Assembly (NCBI GenBank): GCA_017938985.1
Contig: JAGBAK010000130.1
Span: 9,263-73,262, forward strand
DNA length: 64,000 nt
Direction: 5' to 3'
DNA from: Clostridia bacterium
GTDB lineage: Bacteria > Bacillota > Clostridia > Oscillospirales > Acutalibacteraceae
Position numbers and translations under genes: made by a program. Positions within the stretch are counted from its first letter, which is position 1, and the number at the start of each line of letters is the position of its first letter. The notes below the pieces were generated by a model that was given only the letters and a program-made list of their open reading frames with translations, had not been told where the DNA came from and did not search any database. Positions 27,696 through 37,157 of this stretch are shown here, one piece after another.

Positions 27696-28238
27696 ATGCC
27701 TAGCGCAAAAGTTTTAGAGCAGAAAAAACAGATTGTTGCAGATCTTACCGAACAGCTTCAGAATTCAGTAGCAGGTGTTGTTGTTGACTATAAGGGCATC
27801 AACGTTGCTGATGATACAAAGCTCCGTAAGGACCTTCGTGAAGCAGGCGTTAAGTACACTGTAGTTAAGAACACTCTTCTTGGTCTTGCTGCTAAGAACG
27901 CAGGTCTTGATGACCTTTGCAACGTTCTTGAGGGCACAACAGCTATCGCTATCAGCCCCGAAGACCACACTGCAGCTGCAAGAATCCTTTCCAAGTTTGC
28001 TGACACACACAAGAACTTCTCCGTTAAGAGCGGTTATCTTGACGGCGCAGTTGTTGACACAGCAACAATTGATTCACTCGCAAAGCTGCCCACAAGAGAA
28101 ATTCTTCTTGCAACAGTTTGCAACGCATTCAATGCACCCATCGCTGCTTTCGCACGTGTTATCCAGGCTATTGTTGATAACGGTGGCGAAGCTGCTCCCG
28201 CTGAAGCTGCAGCTGAAGAAGCTCCCGCAGAAGCATAA
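27696..28238 (+). CDS. rplJ: 50S ribosomal protein L10
   Basis: VVVDYKGINV, VVKNTL and LAKLPTRE. Confidence 0.98.
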   Translation: MPSAKVLEQKKQIVADLTEQLQNSVAGVVVDYKGINVADDTKLRKDLREAGVKYTVVKNTLLGLAAKNAGLDDLCNVLEGTTAIAISPEDHTAAARILSKFADTHKNFSVKSGYLDGAVVDTATIDSLAKLPTREILLATVCNAFNAPIAAFARVIQAIVDNGGEAAPAEAAAEEAPAEA

Positions 28239-28284
28239 TCAAATTTTAAATTTAAAATCTATTTAATAATTGGAGGAAAATAAA

Positions 28285-28662
28285 ATGGCATCAGAAAAGA
28301 TTGCAGCAATGATTGAAACAATCAAAGAACTCACAGTACTTGAGCTTTCAGAGCTCGTTCACGCAGTAGAAGAAGAATTCGGCGTATCCGCAGCTGCTGC
28401 TGTAGCTGTTGCAGGTCCTGTTGATGCAGGCGCTGCTGCTGCTGAAGAAAAGACAGAATTTGACGTTATCCTTGCTGAAGTTGGTTCAGAAAAGGTTAAG
28501 GTTATCAAGGCTGTTCGTGAAATCACAGGTCTCGGCCTCGTTGAAGCTAAGGCTGTTGTTGACGGCGCTCCCAAGGCTCTCAAGGAAGCTGTTTCCAAAG
28601 ATGACGCTGAAGCTATCAAGGCTAAGCTTGAAGAAGTTGGCGCAAAGGTTGAAATTAAATAA
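28285..28662 (+). CDS. rplL: 50S ribosomal protein L7/L12
   Basis: [20 protein letters not shown] and GLGLVEAK. Confidence 0.99.
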   Translation: MASEKIAAMIETIKELTVLELSELVHAVEEEFGVSAAAAVAVAGPVDAGAAAAEEKTEFDVILAEVGSEKVKVIKAVREITGLGLVEAKAVVDGAPKALKEAVSKDDAEAIKAKLEEVGAKVEIK

Positions 28663-28682
28663 TTTTAGCTTTATAAACAATG

Positions 28683-28716
28683 AAACCCTGCTCTTCGGAG
28701 CAGGGTTTTTGTTTTT
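28683..28716. terminator. Intrinsic terminator after rplL
   Basis: AAACCCTGCTC-TTCG-GAGCAGGGTTTTT. Confidence 0.85.
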
Positions 28717-28717
28717 A

Positions 28718-29377
28718 TTAACCTTGTGTCGCGTTTCCGTTGCCGCTGATGGGGATTGCTTCTCCAAGATAGGTGGGCTTGGGTTTGAAGATTGAAAAAA
28801 GAAAATCTTTGCTTCTTGCCAGAATTTCCCTGATATCTCTGTAAGTCTGACCGCCGTAGTTCATTGACGGCTCTGCAATAACACCGTAGGCATCAAGTCC
28901 CAGAGCCCTTGCATCGTAAATCGCTCTGTAAAGGTGATATTCCTGGGTAACAATGAGAATCTTTTCTGTTTTGAAAATCTCTTTTGCCCTGTACATACTT
29001 TCATAGGTTGAAAATCCTGCGTGGTCTTCAAAAATATCCTCAGACGGTATGCCTGCATCCTCAGCGTAAGCTTTCATTACTCCGACTTCATCATATCCGT
29101 CTTTGCCATGGTCGCCCGTCATCAGAAGTTTGTCGCTTGCAACGCCATAGAGAGCAACACCCTGTGAGAGTCTGTCACGCAGCATTGTGCTGGGACTGTT
29201 GCCGTTGACTTTGCAGCCGAGAATAAGTACACAGTCGTAGTCACAGTCAACGTCGGCGGCGTCGAGTATATACTTTGAGGCGCTCGCTTTTACAAAACTG
29301 TTTATTCCCAACATTGTTGCAACAGCAATAACAGCGAGCAACGTTATAACCGCAACAATTATTTTTACGATTTTCAC
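28718..29377 (-). CDS. SanA/YdcF (DUF218) family protein
   Basis: N-terminal TM, LILG, LRDRL, TGDH, YDEV, DHAGFSTYES, TQEYHLYRA and RE. Confidence 0.88.
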   Translation of the reverse strand: MKIVKIIVAVITLLAVIAVATMLGINSFVKASASKYILDAADVDCDYDCVLILGCKVNGNSPSTMLRDRLSQGVALYGVASDKLLMTGDHGKDGYDEVGVMKAYAEDAGIPSEDIFEDHAGFSTYESMYRAKEIFKTEKILIVTQEYHLYRAIYDARALGLDAYGVIAEPSMNYGGQTYRDIREILARSKDFLFSIFKPKPTYLGEAIPISGNGNATQG

Positions 29378-29485
29378 TTTAATCGCCTTCCTTTATGTTA
29401 CGGATATTCTAAATCATAAATATAGACAAATTATTACAAAAGAATAAAAAAACCTGCAACAGATTTCTGCTGCAGGTTTGGTTGA

Positions 29486-30901
29486 TTAAAAATGTCCGCC
29501 TCTGATTGCAACGACAACGTTGTCGATTTTCTGGTAAACGATGCCGAGAAATTCAACAAACTTATAGACAAATCGGTGAAGCTTCTGAAGAATACCGTTA
29601 TCCTTGAAATCCTTTGTCTTTTTGAGGGTCAGGCTGTCAAGCAGTTCGCTGTTGTCGCCTCTTCTTGTTTCGATTTTAAGAGTATCTCCGGTAAAATCAA
29701 GTGTTGTATAGGTTGTAACATCGTTATCGTAGAAATTATATGCCATATAGTTTGCCGAGCCACTGAAAGCGCCCTGGTCGCAGATTGCGTTTGTGTTAAG
29801 GTAAACCGTGCCTCTGGGGTCAGCGTAGGTCTTGCCGCTTTCCGCCTTGCCGACTACGGAGCTTTCATAGATGAAATGTGAGCGACCCTGAAGGTGGCTG
29901 TGACCTGTGAGAACGAGGTCAACGTCGAATGAATCAAAAATAGGGCTGAAAACAGCGTTGAGAAGAATCATTGTTTCGGCATCAAGTGCGCTGTAGCCGG
30001 GACCGAAAAGTGCCTGGTGCATAACGCCGATACGCCATTTTGCATCGGGGTTAGCTTCAACAGCTTCTTTTGCCATAGCCATATGGTCGGCTGCACTCGG
30101 TGAGCAGGCGTCAAAAACAAGATAAAGAACGTCGCCGTAACGGAACCAGAAATCTCTGTCCAGACCTTCAAAATATTTGCCGAAGTATTCGTTGGGCATA
30201 TTGGTATAGTAATTATACATCATGCCCTTTTTATCGTGGTTGCCGATTGCGAGAGCGAGAGGTAACTCGCGGAGTGCTTCGGGCATAAGAAGTGTCTGCC
30301 ATTCAGCCGCTGTCTGACCTGTTGAGGTGTTGTCGCCGGGCGAAACCATATATGCGGCATCGGGATTCTTTGAAAGAGCTTCGGCAAGAACGCTGTTCCA
30401 GGTGTATCCGTTCTGTGACTGTACTTCTGTGGAATCGGTCTGACCGCCAATCTGAATATCGCCGATAACAAGAGCCTTGTGGTCGCCGAACGATTTGGTT
30501 TCGTATTTGCAAACTTCGCTCCAGCCGTTATCGCTGTACCACTGATAATAGTAGGTTGAGTTTTCCTTGAGTCCGTCAACAGTTACACGGCAAACAACCT
30601 GTTCATCATTTTCTGCAGGAGTTGTTTCGCCTGTGTAAACGGTGGGATTGCTCATATTGGCGTTATCGGCGAGCTTTACCTCTGCTTTTGCTGTTGCCTT
30701 GTCAGCGTGCCAGCAAAGGCTGACCTGTGTTTCGTCAGCGCCGACGCAGAGCATAGGCAGAGTATTATCGTCTTTAAGTGAATTGTAAAGTGTGTCCCAC
30801 TCTGCTTTTGTGAGATTGGGTGAGGTGAAATCTGCGACGGCAAAAACGCTGATTTGAAGAATCAGCACGATTGCAAGCGCAACTGAAAGAAATCTTTTCA
30901 T
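29486..30901 (-). CDS. Secreted metallophosphoesterase (purple acid phosphatase-like, with an N-terminal Fn3-like domain)
   Basis: Signal peptide; GDIQ, PGDN, GNHD, MHQ and GHSH motifs. RBS AAGGAGG before the ATG at 30901. Confidence 0.85.
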   Translation of the reverse strand: MKRFLSVALAIVLILQISVFAVADFTSPNLTKAEWDTLYNSLKDDNTLPMLCVGADETQVSLCWHADKATAKAEVKLADNANMSNPTVYTGETTPAENDEQVVCRVTVDGLKENSTYYYQWYSDNGWSEVCKYETKSFGDHKALVIGDIQIGGQTDSTEVQSQNGYTWNSVLAEALSKNPDAAYMVSPGDNTSTGQTAAEWQTLLMPEALRELPLALAIGNHDKKGMMYNYYTNMPNEYFGKYFEGLDRDFWFRYGDVLYLVFDACSPSAADHMAMAKEAVEANPDAKWRIGVMHQALFGPGYSALDAETMILLNAVFSPIFDSFDVDLVLTGHSHLQGRSHFIYESSVVGKAESGKTYADPRGTVYLNTNAICDQGAFSGSANYMAYNFYDNDVTTYTTLDFTGDTLKIETRRGDNSELLDSLTLKKTKDFKDNGILQKLHRFVYKFVEFLGIVYQKIDNVVVAIRGGHF

Positions 30902-31123
30902 TTTTATGCCTCCTTTTATTGGTTTTATTTTAGCAAAATTTATTTTATTTGTAAAGTACACATTCGGTATTGTAAAGGCCGCTTTTTTATGATATATTTA
31001 TATTGCATTATCGGTGCCCGGATCATTTCAAAAAATTTGGAATCCGATGCAACAAAAACATAAGAATCGGCACACTTATCAACAGAAGGGTATGCCGGTC
31101 TTTAATCTGAAAGGAGTCAGATT

Positions 31124-32446
31124 ATGCCTAAAATTACCTTTATGGGTGCAGGCAGTACCGTTTTTGCCAGAAACGTTCTTGGTGACTGTATGTGCACACC
31201 CGTTCTTTGCGAAAGCACAATTGCTCTTTATGACATTGATGCAGAAAGACTTGAGGACAGCTATATTATCCTCAGCGCAATCAACAACAACATAAACGAG
31301 GGCCGCGCAAAGATTGAAAAGTATTGCGGCGTTGAAAACAGAAAAGATGCTCTCAGAGATGCAGATTTTGTTGTTAACGCAATTCAGGTCGGTCTTTATG
31401 ACCCCTGCACAATCATTGATTTTGAGGTGCCTAAAAAGTACGGTCTGTGCCAGACAATTGCTGACACGCTCGGAATTGGCGGCATAATGAGAGGTCTGCG
31501 AACAATCCCGGTTCTTCAGGATTTTGCAAACGATATGGAAGAGGTTTGCCCCAACGCATGGTTCCTCAACTATACGAATCCCATGGCCATCCTTTCGGGC
31601 TATATGCAGAGATACACAAAAATCAAAACCGTCGGTCTCTGCCACAGTGTTCAGAGTTGTTCAAAGGATCTTCTTAACGGCCTTGGTATGTCAGACAAGC
31701 TTGAGGGCAGAAAAGAACTTATTGCAGGTATCAACCATATGGGTTGGCTGCTTGAAATTCAGGATAAGGACGGCAATGACCTTTATCCCGAAATCCGTCG
31801 CAGAGCTGCCGAAAAAAATGCAAATGAAAAGCACAGCGATATGGTCAGATATGAATATATCAAAAACTTTGGCTATTACTGCACGGAATCCAGTGAACAT
31901 AACTCGGAATACAACTGTTTCTATATCAAGTCAAAATACCCCGAACTTATTGAAAGATATAACATACCTCTTGACGAATACCCCCGCCGCTGTATAAATC
32001 AGATAAAGGGCTGGAAAGAGGAAAAAGAAAGAATCCTTGCGGACGGCAAAATCACTCACGAGCGTTCGGGCGAATATGCCTCATACATTATGGAAGCCAT
32101 CATCACGGGCAATCCCTATAAAATCGGCGGCAATATGCTTAACACGGGTCTTATTGATAACCTGCCTGCAGATGCCTGCGTTGAGGTACCTTGCCTTGTT
32201 GACGGAAGAGGAGTTAACCCCTGCCACGTAGGCAAGCTTCCCGTTCAGCTTGCGGCAATGAATATGACAAACATCAATGCCCAGCTTCTTACAATCAACG
32301 CCGCTGTTACCAAGAAGCGTGAGGATATTTATATGGCGGCAATGCTTGATCCCCACACTGCCGCAGAGCTTTCGATTGACGATATCAAGGCAATGGTTGA
32401 TGAACTGATTGAAGCTCACGGCGAATATATGAAGGATTATAAATAA
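31124..32446 (+). CDS. melA: GH4 NAD+-dependent alpha-galactosidase/alpha-glucosidase (MelA-like)
   Basis: KITFMGAGSTVF, DTLGIGG, LNYTNP, GLCHS, AGINH, TESSEH and DPHT. Confidence 0.9.
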   Translation: MPKITFMGAGSTVFARNVLGDCMCTPVLCESTIALYDIDAERLEDSYIILSAINNNINEGRAKIEKYCGVENRKDALRDADFVVNAIQVGLYDPCTIIDFEVPKKYGLCQTIADTLGIGGIMRGLRTIPVLQDFANDMEEVCPNAWFLNYTNPMAILSGYMQRYTKIKTVGLCHSVQSCSKDLLNGLGMSDKLEGRKELIAGINHMGWLLEIQDKDGNDLYPEIRRRAAEKNANEKHSDMVRYEYIKNFGYYCTESSEHNSEYNCFYIKSKYPELIERYNIPLDEYPRRCINQIKGWKEEKERILADGKITHERSGEYASYIMEAIITGNPYKIGGNMLNTGLIDNLPADACVEVPCLVDGRGVNPCHVGKLPVQLAAMNMTNINAQLLTINAAVTKKREDIYMAAMLDPHTAAELSIDDIKAMVDELIEAHGEYMKDYK

Positions 32447-32504
32447 GATAACATCGGCAAATGCTGTGTTATAGAAAATAAAAATTAAGAAAGGAGTGTT
32501 ACAA

Positions 32505-32654
32505 ATGCTTGCAATTCTTGCAATGCTCAGCGATATCCCCACATATGTTCTCTCTTTTGTTGAACAGATCACAGGTAAGGATATGGGCGCAGTAAGCACA
32601 ATGATCGGCGACATTTTCTCTGCAATTCTTGATCTTGCAGCTAAAATTGGCTGA
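32505..32654 (+). CDS. 49-aa amphipathic micropeptide (not in the ORF track)
   Basis: GAAAGGAG RBS; MLAILAMLSDIPTYVLSFVEQITGKDMGAVSTMIGDIFSAILDLAAKIG; host-like codon usage; followed by a terminator. Confidence 0.75.
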   Translation: MLAILAMLSDIPTYVLSFVEQITGKDMGAVSTMIGDIFSAILDLAAKIG

Positions 32655-32668
32655 TAGCTTAAAAAAGG

Positions 32669-32702
32669 AAGGTCTGTCTCGGTTAACGGGACAGACCTTT
32701 TT
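32669..32702 (+). terminator. Intrinsic terminator
   Basis: AAGGTCTGTC/GACAGACCTT stem plus T run. Confidence 0.8.
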
Positions 32703-32866
32703 GCTGTCTGAAACGACGTTTATAAATTGCGGCGGTTTCACTTACAATAAGACAAAAATGCCATTAAATTGCAATAAATCAACTGCGGTAGTGTGTATTT
32801 TTGACATTGAAAAAATTACCGTCTGCTGATAAAATGTATTTCAGATTTGTTCGGAGGTAATTTTTT

Positions 32867-33715
32867 ATGTATTACGGTATGCTTGCAACTGCGGCGCTTT
32901 TGTTTGCAATGCAGTTTTTATTTAACCAGATGTATCAGAAAAGCAGAGGTGACGGAACAGATTCTGCAATCACCCTTTCGCTCTATCTGCATGCTATATC
33001 TTTTGTGATAATGCTTTCGCTCAACAAATTCCACCTGAATATAACCTGGTTTTCGCTTCTTATGGCGGCTTTATATGCCGCGGTTGTGCTCGGCTACAGT
33101 TTTGCGAGCCTGAAATCATTCAAAACAGCAAACCTTTCGGTTTTTTCAATCTTCGCAATGCTCGGCGGTATGCTTTTACCGCTTGCTTACGGACTCATCT
33201 TCCGCAACGAAGCCGTCACCCCCACAAAGATAATCTGCGTTGTCCTTATTGCAATCGCAACAGCAATGAGCTTTGAAAAGGGCAAAAAGAACAAAGGCAA
33301 TATGAAATATTACCTTGCGGTTTTTGTTCTCAACGGAACGGTCGGTGTTATCTCGACCATTCATCAAACGAAACCCGGGCTTGCGGTTGACAGCTTCAGC
33401 TTTATGGCAACGGTCAACATCTGCGTTGTTGTTGCCTGCGCGGTTTATCACCTTATCGTTAACAGAAAATTGCCCGTTCTTAAACCGAAAGAGCTCGGCT
33501 ATGCCGCAAGCTATGCGGTCTGCAACGGAATCGGCAACCTGTTTTGTCTGATAACTCTTACCGCTCTGCCTGCTTCGGTGCAGTTTCCGATTGTAACGGG
33601 CGGAACAATGTTTTTCTCAACTGCTTTAAGCATTGTCCGCAAAGAAAAGCCTTCGGCAAAAACCATTGTTGCCGCACTTGTTGCGTTTGCGGCGTCAGTA
33701 TTTATAATGTTTTAA
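32867..33715 (+). CDS. EamA/DMT-family transporter
   Basis: About 10 TM segments in two repeats, with LPASVQFPI near the C-terminus. Confidence 0.75.
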   Translation: MYYGMLATAALLFAMQFLFNQMYQKSRGDGTDSAITLSLYLHAISFVIMLSLNKFHLNITWFSLLMAALYAAVVLGYSFASLKSFKTANLSVFSIFAMLGGMLLPLAYGLIFRNEAVTPTKIICVVLIAIATAMSFEKGKKNKGNMKYYLAVFVLNGTVGVISTIHQTKPGLAVDSFSFMATVNICVVVACAVYHLIVNRKLPVLKPKELGYAASYAVCNGIGNLFCLITLTALPASVQFPIVTGGTMFFSTALSIVRKEKPSAKTIVAALVAFAASVFIMF

Positions 33716-33831
33716 CCGGAAAAAGAGTGCTTTGGCACTCTTTTTCTGGTTTTTTGCTTTGCAAGTCCGTTTTATGGTACATCTTGGTCGCTATAATAAA
33801 GACATAAAGAAAAAACGAAGGAGAAAACGTT

Positions 33832-33975
33832 ATGAAACTTTTAAACAGCATCTATAAATTCTTGCTCGGCGACGATACCGACGTTCCGTTTGAAGACCCT
33901 GATGATATCTGCTCTGTTGATCCTGACTCTGAAGCACCCGTTTTGTGTCTGGTTGCCGATTACGATGCCGCATAA
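33832..33975 (+). CDS. 47-aa acidic small protein (not in the ORF track)
   Basis: TATAAT about 40 nt upstream, RBS AAGGAG; MKLLNSIYKFLLGDDTDVPFEDPDDICSVDPDSEAPVLCLVADYDAA. Confidence 0.6.
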   Translation: MKLLNSIYKFLLGDDTDVPFEDPDDICSVDPDSEAPVLCLVADYDAA

Positions 33976-34066
33976 AATCTGAAAAAGAGCCGACCTGCAT
34001 TCAAAACTTTCACTCTTTTCATTTTTACATTCATTTTTCCTTTCTTTCACCCGTCGGCTTTTTGAT

Positions 34067-34108
34067 AAAAAAGGGGAGCTGTTCGCTTTGAACAGCTCCT
34101 TCTTTTTT
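34067..34108. terminator. Bidirectional terminator, near-identical to the one at 56028-56060
   Basis: GGAGCTGTTC-GCTTT-GAACAGCTCC flanked by A and T runs. Confidence 0.8.
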
Positions 34109-34122
34109 ATGCAATGATTAAA

Positions 34123-35187
34123 TTATTCCTCAAACATAACAAGCTTGTTGTTTGTGCCTGATTCAATGATTGCTTCAATAAGCTTCATAAGTCTGCGCTG
34201 CTGATCGTGAGTGACAATGATATCCTCTTTGCCCTCAAGATAAGCGAACACGTTTTTATAGTATTCTCCCCAGTCAGACTTTTCAATTTCAAGGGGATAT
34301 GTTTTGATTGTGTCATCAGTTCTGGGTGCCATGGTTTTGGTTATGCCTGCACCTGCAACAATCGGAACGGCGTCGCGGTTTTCCCAATCGCTGACTTTAA
34401 CGATTTTGCCGTTGAAATCCCAATCGTTGACAACTGCACTGCCGTTTTCACCAAGAACATACCAGAGCGGAAGCTCAATAAAGTTGCTCGTTGCAACCTC
34501 AACAAGGAATGAGAGACCGTCGTCAAAAATCAGAGTTGCTCTGAAGCCGTCGTCACATTTTTCGTTTGTGACATAAGTAAGCTCTGCATAAACGGACTTA
34601 AGCTTTCTGGGTTGAGTCATCATAAGCGCTTGGTCAAGCAGATGAATACCCCAGTCAAGCAGCATTCCGCCGCCGTGTTCGGGCTGGTTGCGCCAGTCGC
34701 CGGGAATACCTCTTGAGCCGTGAACTCTTGACTCAATTCTGAAAACCTTGCCGAGAGTGTTCTCTGCCATAAGTCTTTTGATGGTCAGATAGTCCTGATC
34801 CCAGCGTCTGTTCTGGTGAACGGTGAAAAGCTTGCCGCAACGGTTTGCGCATTCAATCATTTCGTTAAGCTCGCCGCTGTTCATGGCGACGGGTTTTTCG
34901 CTGATAACGTTTTTACCAGCTTCAAGAGCGGCAATTGCAATCTCCTTGTGATAGTCGTTGGGAGTTGCGATTGTTACAAGGTCAATTCTTTCGTCAGCAA
35001 GCAGCTCTTCTCTTGAAGAATAAGCGTGAATGCCGTTTTCTTCTGCGACCTTGCCTCTTTCGGGGTTAATGTCGTAAATTCCGATAAGCTCTGCGTGTTC
35101 GCCGAGTTCGTTCTTGATTTTTCTTGCGTGCCAGCTGCCCATACCGCCGTAGCCGATAACGGCGCAGCCAAATTTATTGTTAACCAT
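34123..35187 (-). CDS. Gfo/Idh/MocA family oxidoreductase
   Basis: IGYGGMG, ATPN, SEKP, HQNRRWD and GGGMLLDWGIH. Confidence 0.92.
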   Translation of the reverse strand: MVNNKFGCAVIGYGGMGSWHARKIKNELGEHAELIGIYDINPERGKVAEENGIHAYSSREELLADERIDLVTIATPNDYHKEIAIAALEAGKNVISEKPVAMNSGELNEMIECANRCGKLFTVHQNRRWDQDYLTIKRLMAENTLGKVFRIESRVHGSRGIPGDWRNQPEHGGGMLLDWGIHLLDQALMMTQPRKLKSVYAELTYVTNEKCDDGFRATLIFDDGLSFLVEVATSNFIELPLWYVLGENGSAVVNDWDFNGKIVKVSDWENRDAVPIVAGAGITKTMAPRTDDTIKTYPLEIEKSDWGEYYKNVFAYLEGKEDIIVTHDQQRRLMKLIEAIIESGTNNKLVMFEE

Positions 35188-35273
35188 AGTAAGCGCTTCC
35201 TTAAAAGAGTAAAAAGTCAATTTAATTTTGGTACGGGTAAAACCCTGTCCTTGTTTTGTTTAATGAATCCGGT

Positions 35274-35370
35274 TTGACTGCGGATTTTTGTCAAGACAAG
35301 GAAACCCGCCGAAGGAATATGCGGATATTTCGAGGCGGATTGACGCCGTATTGGCAAAAAAACGCGTCAA
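35274..35370. repeat. REP-like long hairpin with GAA/GA internal-loop core
   Basis: TTTTTGTCAA...TTGGCAAAAA outer stem; core CCGCC-GAA-GGAATAT-GCGG-ATATTTC-GA-GGCGG. Confidence 0.55.
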
Positions 35371-36332
35371 ACCCACCACATTTCGCCTGTGGATTCGGTG
35401 AGAATAATGTTCTTAAGGAACGAAACAGCCTTTGAAAGACCTTCATTCTGGCTCATAAGTGAATCCTCGTGCTCAATGCTGATTGCGTAGTCATAGCCGA
35501 CCATACGAAGATTGGAGATGATTTCTTTCCAATAAGCGTTATCATTGCCGTAACCGATTGTGCGGAAAATCCACGAACGGTTGATTTCGTCGCCGTAGGG
35601 CTTGTTGTCAAGTACGCCGTTAACGGCAGTGTTGTATTTATCAATCTTTGTATCCTTTGCGTGGAAATGGAAAATTGCGTCGCCGAGCTTGCGGATGCAG
35701 GCAACGGGATCAATACCCTGCCAGATAAGATGGCTGGGATCAAAGTTTGCGCCGATTTCGGGACCTACTGCCTCGCGCAGACGCAGAAGTGACTCTGTGT
35801 TATAAACGCAGAAGCCGGGATGAAGCTCAAGAGCAATTTTGTTAACGCCGTGAGCCTTTGCAAAAGCAACAAGGTCTTTCCAGTAGGGGATAAGAACCTC
35901 GTTCCACTGCCAGTCAAGAATTTCGCCGAAATCGTTGGGCCAGGGGCAGGTTACCCAGTTGGGATATTTAGCTGTTTCACAGTCGCCGGGGCAGCCTGAG
36001 AAAGTGTTGATCTGGCTCAGACCGAGTTTTTCGGCAAGCAGAATTGTGTTTCTGATTGTTTTATCATAATCTGCGGCAATTTCCTTGTTGGGGTGTACGG
36101 GGTTGCCGTGGCAGGAAAGAGCGCTGATCTGAACGTCATATTTTTTAAGCAGAGCCTTGAATTCCTCAAGCTTTGCTTCGTCTGCAAGCAGTTCTTCGGG
36201 GTTTGCGTGAGCGTTGCCGGGATAGCCGCCGCAGCCGATTTCAACCATCTCAATGCCGAGCGATTTGAAATATTTAAGAGCCTCTTCAAGAGAGAGGTTT
36301 GAAAGCAGAGTTGTAAATACACCGAGTTTCAT
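35367..36332 (-). CDS. Sugar phosphate isomerase/epimerase family TIM-barrel protein (AP endonuclease 2/IolE-like; possible 3-keto-glycoside eliminase)
   Basis: Metal-binding residues in ALELHP, NFDPSH, HFHAKD and ISIEHED. Confidence 0.85.
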   Translation of the reverse strand: MKLGVFTTLLSNLSLEEALKYFKSLGIEMVEIGCGGYPGNAHANPEELLADEAKLEEFKALLKKYDVQISALSCHGNPVHPNKEIAADYDKTIRNTILLAEKLGLSQINTFSGCPGDCETAKYPNWVTCPWPNDFGEILDWQWNEVLIPYWKDLVAFAKAHGVNKIALELHPGFCVYNTESLLRLREAVGPEIGANFDPSHLIWQGIDPVACIRKLGDAIFHFHAKDTKIDKYNTAVNGVLDNKPYGDEINRSWIFRTIGYGNDNAYWKEIISNLRMVGYDYAISIEHEDSLMSQNEGLSKAVSFLKNIILTESTGEMWWV

Positions 36333-36362
36333 CTGATAATCTCCTTGTTACGAACGTCAATA

Positions 36363-36427
36363 ATTATATTCAGGTGCGGACAGAGTCCGCCCTTAACTGT
36401 TCACTCTACACTATTCATTATTCACTT
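36363..36427. repeat. Half copy of the 7-bp-repeat intergenic element
   Basis: Minus strand AGTGAAT AATGAAT AGTGTAG AGTGAAC AGTT-AAGG-GCGGAC-TCT-GTCCGC-ACC...AATATAAT, homologous to 16685-16750. Confidence 0.75.
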
Positions 36428-37151
36428 AAATAATGGTTTTAAGATATTTATAGCTTCTTGCGATATCTTCAAGACCTGTGGGCACGGGGTCGTCATTTTC
36501 AACGATTACCCAGTCAAGACCGATTTCCTTTGCCGTTTCAATAACAGCAGGAACGTCGCAGTTACCTTCGCCAAGAGCCTTGGGTTTACCGTCAATACCG
36601 TCCTTGACGTGAACAAGAACGATGTTGTCTTTCTTTGCCTTGAGCAGAGCACGGTTATCTTCGCCTGCGTGGAAGCTCCAGTATGTATCAATTTCAAGCG
36701 AGCATCTGTCGCCGATAATATTGATGGGATACTGACCGTCCTCAAGAGCAACAAACTCTTCGCAGTGGTTGTGGTAATAAACCTTTATGCCGTATTTTTC
36801 CATTGCATATTTCTCGGCTGCGCCGAGAACGTCGCCTGTTTCGGCAGATTCGTCGTATGTTGAGTGGGGAGCGCCGCCAACACCGACTGCTTTTGCGCCG
36901 AGGGTGTTGATGAATTCGATTGTCTGCTCCATTTTGTCTGCTCTGAAATCGTCAAGACCCATATGAGCACCTACTGCAACAAGACCAACCTCGTCAAGCT
37001 TTGCCTTGATTGTTGCGGCATCCGTGTTGAAGAAGCCTGCAAACTCAACGCCGTCATAGCCGATTTTTTTGATTTCTTCAAGAGCCTTTAACAGCGTTTC
37101 CGTATCGTTTATATGGTCTCTTACGGAATAGACCTGAACTGCAATTTTCAT
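36426..37151 (-). CDS. Sugar phosphate isomerase/epimerase family TIM-barrel protein (possible ketoglucal hydratase or eliminase)
   Basis: QVYSVRD, GYDGVEFAG, YHNH, EIDTYW, HVKD and IVEND. Confidence 0.85.
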   Translation of the reverse strand: MKIAVQVYSVRDHINDTETLLKALEEIKKIGYDGVEFAGFFNTDAATIKAKLDEVGLVAVGAHMGLDDFRADKMEQTIEFINTLGAKAVGVGGAPHSTYDESAETGDVLGAAEKYAMEKYGIKVYYHNHCEEFVALEDGQYPINIIGDRCSLEIDTYWSFHAGEDNRALLKAKKDNIVLVHVKDGIDGKPKALGEGNCDVPAVIETAKEIGLDWVIVENDDPVPTGLEDIARSYKYLKTII

Positions 37152-37157
37152 AATCAA

